Positions 56,772 through 64,000 of a DNA stretch of 64,000 nt are shown here, piece by piece; position 1 is the stretch's first letter; every line of letters begins with the position of its first letter. Location: positions 31,516 to 95,515 of the forward strand of contig JAYWFU010000147.1 in NCBI GenBank assembly GCA_043778625.1, read 5' to 3'. Below the pieces are notes generated by a model. It was not told the origin of the DNA. It ran no database searches and worked only from the letters and a program-made list of their open reading frames with translations. The stretch is from Bacteroidia bacterium. Lineage in GTDB: Bacteria > Bacteroidota > Bacteroidia > UBA4408. A program made the position numbers and the translations under genes.

Positions 56772-59387
56772 TTAATTAAAATCATCAGCATTTTGGTGTG
56801 TTTTATCTTTCTCCTTTTTTAACCATTTAGGTTGCTCTTTATGTTTTTTATTTTTTTTCTCGGTGGGTATTTCGGTAGCTGTATTTTCTCTTTTAGTATT
56901 AAAATCTATTCCAATTTCGGCGTGTGGTTTCGTTTTTAATTTAAGCGTAGTGTCTTTTTTAAACCAGCCAAATTCTCGTTTTAATAACGCTTTAAACTGT
57001 TGTTTTTGGTTTATTAAATCCTCTTTTAATTTTTGCTTTAATCCTTTGCGGTCATAACTTATTATGGGTTTATCGGTGGTGCCTTTCATACTTATAAACA
57101 ATCGTATTTTGCCCAATCCATCGCTTTCCTCCTCGCCAAACTCAGTGTTTTCTTTTTTGTTGCGTGCTTTCTTTGCTAATAAATCATTAAGTAATAAACT
57201 AAAGTGGTAATCAATTTTATTATCAAAGGTATGTGTACCACTAGCGGTAATATCTAGCAAGCTACTTTTAATATCCATTTGGGGTATTGTTATTACTCCG
57301 TTTTTAACCGATATGGTATTGTTGAGTTTCGAAAATTTAATGGCGTTTAACTCACTAACAGCTACAAAACGCGAAAGTTTTTTCATAGGTTCAAAGTTAA
57401 TTAGTTCGCCTTTGTCAATAGTGGTATTGGCAATACATGCAAGTGTATTAATATCGGGTTTCAAGGCGTTGTTCCAAGTACATTGTAGCGTAACTTCCGA
57501 CGATAATATACCCGAAATATTAGCATCGGTTACAAACGTTTGTCCAAAATTATTTAGCACATAAAATAGTTGCTTTACATTAATATTTTTAATGTCGGCA
57601 TCAATAGTGGTAGCTAACTTATTGTGTATTGTGTTGTTAATACTGCCCTTGAGTGCTACTGAACCATTGCAGGTATTGAGAGTTAAACCATTGGTAATTA
57701 TTTTTTTATCACTTAATAGTAAATCCCCTTTAATATTAGTGGCTTCTAATTTTCCAAATTTTAATTGTTTAATATCACTTTGCAATGTACAAGTAATATT
57801 ATCAGGCAGGGCTATGTTATATACCGTTATAGCGTTTGTTGTTTTGGTTTCGTTAACTATATCGTCCATGTTAATACTATTACTGGTAAGCACTGCATTA
57901 ATAGTGAGTTGGTTGCTATTGCCTAGCAAGTAGGGTAATATGTTTTTTAATTGCCCACTAAGGTTAAGCGTGGTAGCATTAATACTTACGGGTAATTTTT
58001 CAAATACTAAATCGGTGTTGTTAAATTGCATTGCGGCATCAGCACTGCGTATTATGCGTTTATCGTTAATGAACTGTAGTACTACATTGGTAGCAAGTAC
58101 GTTGCCTTGTAGTTTTTTAATAGTAGGATAATCGGCAGTGCTTTTTAAATTTAATGGGCCTTCGTAATCAATGGTGGCAGTAAGGTTTCCGCTTAGTTGT
58201 TGTAAGGTATCGAGTTTGGCTATACGCTTAACGGCATCTAACTTTACATCAGTAGTAAAATGTGTAATTAGCAATGGCTTATCAAAGTTAGTAATGCTAC
58301 AGCGCCCATTAATAGTGCCTGTGCCTAACTGTGCGTTTAGTTTTGTACAATTAATATAGCCATTGCTAAACACATTATCATAGGTGGCATCAATAGTAAT
58401 ATTAGTTATTTTTTCGCCACTATTTGGTTCAGTAATACTTGCTTGGCTGGCGTGTATAGTTGCTTTAATAATTGGGGAGGCGTTATTATTTTTGCTTGCC
58501 GCAACGTTAAAATTTATGGTGCCATTGGCTTCGTACTGCGCTACTTTATTAGCATACTTATTAGGTAATAATTGTAATAGCGATTTAACCGAGCATGATT
58601 TTGTGCTGTTAATACTTAACGCATACGTTAGTTGGGTAGCGTTGTTAATGTTAGCATTTAGCATTAAATCAATGCCTGCATAACTAAGCGTAGTATTGCT
58701 TAGCTGGTACTTATTATTGTTAATTAATAGTTCGGTACTGGTGCTTATGGCTTTGTTGTTAGGCAAGGAAAAATCATTAGCAGCAAATGATTTTAACGTT
58801 CCGTCAAGGGCTAATTTAAGTGTGGTTTGTTTGTTAAACTTTCCGCTTAACAACGCATGAGTTATTTGTAGATTAAGGTTTGTGGCGTTGGTGTAGTTGT
58901 TAAATTTTAAATTAACATGGTTACTTATTAATTTTTTTAATTCAAATAATGTGTGGCTGTTATAGGCGGTAGTGGCTGTATCGGTCTTCCAAAAATGAAA
59001 ATTATCAGTACCATTTTTAAATAATTTTAAATTAACAGTACCGTTATTTAATTTTACTTGCTGTATGCGATAGGTTTTATTAATAATATCCCAAGCATTT
59101 ATGCCCAGTTCAACGGTGTGCATGATTAATAAATTTTCGGGTTTAGCGGTTGTATTTACCTCCTGCACACTAACATTAGTGAGTAGTATGGCCACACGCG
59201 GAAAGCTTGCTACAAAGGTTAAGTCTACCTTTTCAATTACAACGGGCGTGTTTAGTTGCGTATTTAATTTGCCAAGTACGTATTGTATTACCTCTTGTTT
59301 GCGATAAGTTATAGTATATACTACCACGCCCACAGCCATTAATAGCAAGGCAAGTAGTAACAACAGTATTTTTTTAATAATGCGCAT
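56772..59387 (-). CDS. AsmA-family large membrane-anchored protein
   Basis: 871 aa; N-terminal TM anchor, long beta-rich body, basic K-rich C-terminus. Confidence 0.6.
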   Translation of the reverse strand: MRIIKKILLLLLALLLMAVGVVVYTITYRKQEVIQYVLGKLNTQLNTPVVIEKVDLTFVASFPRVAILLTNVSVQEVNTTAKPENLLIMHTVELGINAWDIINKTYRIQQVKLNNGTVNLKLFKNGTDNFHFWKTDTATTAYNSHTLFELKKLISNHVNLKFNNYTNATNLNLQITHALLSGKFNKQTTLKLALDGTLKSFAANDFSLPNNKAISTSTELLINNNKYQLSNTTLSYAGIDLMLNANINNATQLTYALSINSTKSCSVKSLLQLLPNKYANKVAQYEANGTINFNVAASKNNNASPIIKATIHASQASITEPNSGEKITNITIDATYDNVFSNGYINCTKLNAQLGTGTINGRCSITNFDKPLLITHFTTDVKLDAVKRIAKLDTLQQLSGNLTATIDYEGPLNLKSTADYPTIKKLQGNVLATNVVLQFINDKRIIRSADAAMQFNNTDLVFEKLPVSINATTLNLSGQLKNILPYLLGNSNQLTINAVLTSNSINMDDIVNETKTTNAITVYNIALPDNITCTLQSDIKQLKFGKLEATNIKGDLLLSDKKIITNGLTLNTCNGSVALKGSINNTIHNKLATTIDADIKNINVKQLFYVLNNFGQTFVTDANISGILSSEVTLQCTWNNALKPDINTLACIANTTIDKGELINFEPMKKLSRFVAVSELNAIKFSKLNNTISVKNGVITIPQMDIKSSLLDITASGTHTFDNKIDYHFSLLLNDLLAKKARNKKENTEFGEEESDGLGKIRLFISMKGTTDKPIISYDRKGLKQKLKEDLINQKQQFKALLKREFGWFKKDTTLKLKTKPHAEIGIDFNTKRENTATEIPTEKKNKKHKEQPKWLKKEKDKTHQNADDFN

Positions 59388-59595
59388 ATATAATATTTTG
59401 GCTAAAAATAGTGGCTTGCATGGCTAACTCAACGTGTAGCGTAATATTGTGCTAACAGTACATTGTTAATGTAAATTTATTTTTAGCGCGTTTTATCTTC
59501 TCACAACCACATCTTTTGCTACTTTTATTGGTACAATATTTGATTGCGAAAAATTAACTACTCAAACCTTATTCTAACTAATTATCATACCTTAA

Positions 59596-60264
59596 ATGGA
59601 ACAACTTTTTAAAGCCATATTATTTATACACATTGCCAGCGGTACTGTGGGATTACTGGCAGGTACTATTAATATGGTGCGCAAAAAAGGCGACAAATGG
59701 CACCGAGTTATTGGCAAAGCATTTTTGTACGGTATGTTAAGCACTGGCTTTTGTTCGTTTATATTAGCTAGTATTCACCCTAGTTTATTTTTGTTTATGG
59801 TAGGTGTTTTTACTGTGCATTTGGTAGGTACTGGGCAACGTTATTTAGCCTTAAAACAATTACATAATAACCAACAACCGCAATTGGTTGATTGGGCTTT
59901 AGCAGCATTAATGCTACTTGGCGGGCTCACTCTTATTGGCTTTGGTGTATATTATCTTATTGAAGCTGAAGTATTTGGGCTGGTGTACATTGTTTTTGGT
60001 AGTTCAGGCTTAGCTAATGTATATAGCGATGTTAAAAATTATCAAGGCAAAATTACCAACAAAAACTATTGGTTAGTGCTACACATTGGGCGTATGGTAG
60101 GCGGCTACATTGCAGCTATTACGGCATTTTTAGTAGTAAATAGTAGCCACTTTCCTAGCGTGATGCAGGGTACAGTTTTGTGGTTGTTACCTACATTTAT
60201 TTTTGTGCCACTAATGATTTTTTGGTCTCGAAAAATTAAAAACATACCAGTAACTTCTAACTAA
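59596..60264 (+). CDS. hypothetical polytopic membrane protein
   Basis: 222 aa, six hydrophobic helices. Confidence 0.5.
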   Translation: MEQLFKAILFIHIASGTVGLLAGTINMVRKKGDKWHRVIGKAFLYGMLSTGFCSFILASIHPSLFLFMVGVFTVHLVGTGQRYLALKQLHNNQQPQLVDWALAALMLLGGLTLIGFGVYYLIEAEVFGLVYIVFGSSGLANVYSDVKNYQGKITNKNYWLVLHIGRMVGGYIAAITAFLVVNSSHFPSVMQGTVLWLLPTFIFVPLMIFWSRKIKNIPVTSN

Positions 60265-60277
60265 ACTATAAACCATA

Positions 60278-60730
60278 ATGCAAACTCAATTTATACTACT
60301 CAACAATACTCGTGGTCATTTTATTAAACTAGCGCAAGGCTTGTCAATAGACCAACTTAACCACATACCGCAAGGCTGCACTAATAACATTGCTTGGAAT
60401 TTAGGGCACATATTAGCAAGCCAAATGGGGCTATGCTACCGCTTAGCAGGCGTTGAAAGCCTTATTAGCAAAGAAACTTGGCAATTGTACAAAATTGGTA
60501 GCAAGCCCGAACGTGCATTTACTCAAGCCGAAGTTGATGCCGTAATAGCACAACTTAAAACTGCCGCTACACAAATGGAAACTGACTACAATAACGGTGC
60601 ATTTAAAACTTACACCCCTTACATGGCTGCGGGTTTTGCACTCAATAGTATTGAAGACGCTATAACCTACAACAACATACACGAGGCCTACCATTATGGT
60701 GTAGCCGCCAATATTGCCAAATTAGTATAA
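60278..60730 (+). CDS. DinB/YfiT-like superfamily protein
   Basis: Four-helix-bundle His triad pattern (NIAWNLGHIL...EAYHYG). Confidence 0.7.
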   Translation: MQTQFILLNNTRGHFIKLAQGLSIDQLNHIPQGCTNNIAWNLGHILASQMGLCYRLAGVESLISKETWQLYKIGSKPERAFTQAEVDAVIAQLKTAATQMETDYNNGAFKTYTPYMAAGFALNSIEDAITYNNIHEAYHYGVAANIAKLV

Positions 60731-60768
60731 CTCATTATAAGCAATCATTTAACTAAAAAACTGCAACA

Positions 60769-61182
60769 ATGCAATCACAAATTTTCATTAACCTACCTGT
60801 TGCCAATGTAGATAAATCAATGGCGTTTTACAGCGCTTTAGGTTTTAGTAACAATCCTAATTTCTCTGACGAAACCGCTAAATGTATGGTGTGGAACGAC
60901 AGTATTATGTTGATGATAATGACTCATGATAAGTTTAAAACCTTTACTACTAAGCCTATTGCCGACACTAAAAATACACTAGCCGCACTACTTTCTGTAT
61001 CAGTTGATGGAGTGGATAGAATAAACGAAATTGTTAATAATGGTATTATGGCAGGAGGCACAGAACCCTCGCCATTTAAGGATTATGGATTTATGCAACA
61101 GCGCACCATTGAAGATTTTGACGGCCACACATGGGAAATATTTTGCATGGATTTGACCAAATTTCCTACTCAAGAAAGTTAA
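60769..61182 (+). CDS. VOC (glyoxalase/bleomycin-resistance) family protein
   Basis: 137 aa, paired beta-alpha-beta-beta-beta modules; ...DGHTWEIF. Confidence 0.7.
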   Translation: MQSQIFINLPVANVDKSMAFYSALGFSNNPNFSDETAKCMVWNDSIMLMIMTHDKFKTFTTKPIADTKNTLAALLSVSVDGVDRINEIVNNGIMAGGTEPSPFKDYGFMQQRTIEDFDGHTWEIFCMDLTKFPTQES

Positions 61183-61217
61183 TTAAAACCAGTTAATTAA
61201 AAGTTACCAATTTAATT

Positions 61218-62084
61218 ATGGATACTACCGAGCTATTAAAAAGAGTCCGTAAAATTGAAATTAAGTCTAAAGGCTTGAGTGCGCAATTATTTTCGGGTGA
61301 ATACAAAAGTGCGTTCAAAGGACGAGGCATGAGTTTTAGCGAAGTGCGCGAATACCAACCTGGCGACGACGTACGCTCCATTGACTGGAACGTAACCGCA
61401 CGTACCAACAACGCACACATTAAAGTATATGAAGAGGAACGCGAACTTACCGTAATGTTGCTGGTAGATATATCAGCCTCTGAAAACTTTGGCACACAAA
61501 AACAACTCAAACGAGAGTTAATAGCGGAGTTGTGCGCTACCATTGCTTTTTCGGCTACGCAAAATAAAGACAAAGTGGGCGTGATATTTTTTACGGATAA
61601 AATTGAAAAATTTATTCCTCCCCAAAAAGGCAAAAGCCACATACTACTTATTATTAGAGAGTTGCTAAACATAGCCCCACTAAGTAAAGGTACTAATGTA
61701 AGTGTGGTCATAAAATATTTTGCAAGCGTAATTAAAAAACGAGCTACCACGTTTATCATCTCCGATTTTGAAAGCCCTAACTTTGATGATGAATTAAAAA
61801 TAGCTGCCAAAAAACACACCTTTATTGCCCTTAACATTAGCGACCAACGCGAAAAAGAATTGCCCAACATTGGTCTAATACCCATGCTTGATAACGAAAC
61901 TGGCACCCAACGTTGGGTGGACACCAGCAATGCCAATGTACGCAAGCAATACGCCGCACAGGCACAAGTACAACAAGATAAGTTAAACTCCACATTTAAA
62001 CGCTATGGTGTGCCGTGTGCACAACTTAACACCTTAGATGATTATGTAATATCGCTACGCAATGTATTCAAACAGAAAGTTTAA
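61218..62084 (+). CDS. DUF58 domain protein (vWA-like, MoxR/Bat-operon associated)
   Basis: ...KGRGMSFSEVREYQPGDDVRSIDWNVTAR... DUF58 signature. Confidence 0.8.
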   Translation: MDTTELLKRVRKIEIKSKGLSAQLFSGEYKSAFKGRGMSFSEVREYQPGDDVRSIDWNVTARTNNAHIKVYEEERELTVMLLVDISASENFGTQKQLKRELIAELCATIAFSATQNKDKVGVIFFTDKIEKFIPPQKGKSHILLIIRELLNIAPLSKGTNVSVVIKYFASVIKKRATTFIISDFESPNFDDELKIAAKKHTFIALNISDQREKELPNIGLIPMLDNETGTQRWVDTSNANVRKQYAAQAQVQQDKLNSTFKRYGVPCAQLNTLDDYVISLRNVFKQKV

Positions 62085-63027
62085 CCCACTACTAGCAATG
62101 CTTTGTTGCTTATTAGTTAGTGCATTAACACTAGCGCAAACGCCTAGCAAAACAATAGCTACCAGCATTAGCGGCACTATCATACGCATAGGCGAGCAAG
62201 TTGTACTTACGCTTAATGTACCGTTAGCCAAGGGGCAAAAAATTAAAATTACTAACTACGCTGATACCCTTAATGCACACATTAGCGTAGCACGCCCTGC
62301 AATGTTAGATACTGTAACAACAGGCAGTACCGACACATTGCACGTTAAGTATTACCTAACATCATTCGACAGTGGTTACTGGCCTATACCGCCCATACCA
62401 TTGGTAATAAACAACGACACGCTGTACAGCGATGTAAAATTACTTACCGTAAGCACCATAGCCGTAGACACTACGCAAGACATCAAGGCCATAAAACCTC
62501 CTATGGACGCTCCCTTTAGCTTTAAGGAACTTATCCCGTATATCGTTGTTGCATGGATTATTGCAATCCTCGTTACACTTGGCGTAGTGCTGTATCGCAA
62601 GTATAAAAACAAACACAAAATTCCGCCTGCGCCCGAAACCCTACTTACACCTTACGAGTGGGCAATGTTGCAGTTTACTAATATTGATGCCCAACAACTG
62701 TGGCAACAAGGTTTTGCTAAGGAATACCATTCGGGCATTGCCGACACCCTGAGAGAGTATTTATACAAAGAATTTAAGTTTAATGCTTTAGAGCAAACTA
62801 CCGCACAAACCAAGCGTAGCATTAAACACATTACGGCTATTAACCACGATAATAAGCGTAAATTAATTGATGTATTGGAACTGGCCGACATGGTAAAATT
62901 TGCCAAAGAAACTCCCCTACAAGACGAACACGAAGCCAGCCTGCGCTACGCCCAAACCTTTGTGGAGGGCGTTGCCAAAGCCTTAACAAGCGAACGAGGA
63001 GAAGATGTTAAACCAATTACAGAATAA
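62062..63027 (+). CDS. hypothetical membrane protein of the Bat-like operon
   Basis: Signal peptide, mid-protein TM helix; overlaps DUF58 gene end. Confidence 0.45.
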   Translation: MYSNRKFNPLLAMLCCLLVSALTLAQTPSKTIATSISGTIIRIGEQVVLTLNVPLAKGQKIKITNYADTLNAHISVARPAMLDTVTTGSTDTLHVKYYLTSFDSGYWPIPPIPLVINNDTLYSDVKLLTVSTIAVDTTQDIKAIKPPMDAPFSFKELIPYIVVAWIIAILVTLGVVLYRKYKNKHKIPPAPETLLTPYEWAMLQFTNIDAQQLWQQGFAKEYHSGIADTLREYLYKEFKFNALEQTTAQTKRSIKHITAINHDNKRKLIDVLELADMVKFAKETPLQDEHEASLRYAQTFVEGVAKALTSERGEDVKPITE

Positions 63028-63037
63028 ATATAAAACA

Positions 63038-64000
63038 TGACACATACAGAGTTTTTAAATCATGCGGTTAATGAAGTATTAGCTAATTTCTATAATAGAT
63101 TACAGAATCCAGATGTAACAAAAAAACTTAATGCAGATAAGCAAATTGTTCTTGAAAGTGTTTATAAACTAATAACAAGTAAATTTAAAAACATTGTAGC
63201 GCCTTTAGTAAATGTAGAAATTCTTAATTCAATAAGTGCCGAATTATCTAATGCTACATCACATATTAATGCATTTATAGAGAGTAATAATGAGTCGTAT
63301 TTATTCACAGCACTTAGTCATGTTAATAATGTAATTATTCATGTTGATAAAATACCTAATATACTTCCTTATGCAGAAATTGATTTAAGTAAAGAAATTT
63401 CAATTTTTCATACAAAAATTCAAGAGGATTATAATCAATTAGATACTCTTCAAAAAAAACTCAGTCAAGAGGTAGAAGGTACTAGTGCATTATTATTGGA
63501 AAGACAATCTGAAATAATAAAACTCGATGATGAAATAAAATTAAAAAAAAATGAGATAAATGATTTGTCAATTAATTTTCAAAATCAATTTGATACATCA
63601 ACAGCAGAGTATGTCAAAAAAATCGACGAAGACAGAACCGCTTTAAAAGCAAATGCAGATTCGGACAGACAAAACTTAAAGAGTATTTCAAATGAAATCA
63701 TAGTAGATTTAGAAAAAAAACAAATCGAAGCGAAAAAATTATTAAATATTATAGGAAATATAGGTGTTACAGGTAATTATCAAAAAATTGCAGAAGAGCA
63801 TAAAAAAATTGCAGATACGTGGAGATACATTGCGGGGGGTGTAATGCTAGCACTATCAATTCTCGTAATTTTATCAATATGGAATATTAGCGTAGAAAAC
63901 TATAATGGATTAAAGGCATTAATTAGAATAATTGCATCTGCAATCTTAATTTATCCTGCGACATATGCCTCCAAGGAATCAAATAAACATAGGGTTCTCG
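63038..64000 (+). CDS. hypothetical protein, 3'-truncated by window edge (coiled-coil, C-terminal TM)
   Basis: Open frame to window end; K/E-rich heptad-like region then a hydrophobic helix. Confidence 0.4.

Noticed and set aside
60443-62906. Minus-strand ORFs (83-266 aa) opposite DinB, DUF58 and downstream genes, including the 266-aa ORF 61193-61993
   Set aside because: Antisense to a well-supported DUF58 gene; Ser/Leu-rich low-complexity translation typical of shadow ORFs

Overview
This is an AT-rich Bacteroidota chromosome window, probably Flavobacteriia-like. The evidence is a T9SS C-terminal-domain M43 protease, DUF2851, DUF4286, a PafA-type phosphatase, a CarboxypepD_reg TonB receptor and lipoprotein 'SC' lipoboxes. 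Recognisable housekeeping genes (glmS, thiolase, M42 peptidase, rsmA/ksgA, pyk, typA/bipA, sucB-like E2, DUF58 bat-type operon) frame two accessory regions. Region 1 is an ~18.5 kb integrase-bearing prophage-like element inserted in the 3' end of tRNA-Arg(TCT), at about 26323-44797. It is bounded by a 13-bp direct repeat that duplicates the tRNA 3' end, and repeated TTGTAGAACCA arm-type motifs sit inside both ends. The element carries a CI-like (XRE-HTH + S24 peptidase) repressor divergent from a small HTH protein with palindromic operators. It also carries a rolling-circle (HUH) Rep, an SSB, a 188-aa P-loop ATPase, its own tRNA(CAT), and a spike/fibre protein with three 48-aa Phage_fiber_2-type repeats (144-bp DNA tandem repeats). 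It has a glucosaminidase endolysin preceded by an unannotated 52-aa holin-like ORF, two tandem lysine-rich histone-H1-like proteins and many small membrane proteins. No ORF is large enough to be a large terminase, portal or tape-measure protein. I infer a tailless, membrane-containing temperate phage of the corticovirus/FLiP type, or a satellite, not described from sequence alone. Region 2 is an AT-rich two-gene operon at 50011-51937. It encodes a DUF262 protein (ParB-like, GmrSD N-terminal, DGQQR motif) and a HEPN nuclease (MAE_28990-like, R-x4-H motif), between a GT1 glycosyltransferase and the T9SS protease. It is a candidate defence system of a type not experimentally characterised to my knowledge. 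Other items are a degraded IS1595-family transposase remnant near 4.8-5.5 kb, several rho-independent terminator hairpins, a 10-bp-periodic repeat array plus hairpin inside the prophage, and a GC-rich structured non-coding segment that could be an sso or ncRNA. No CRISPR array or rRNA is present.
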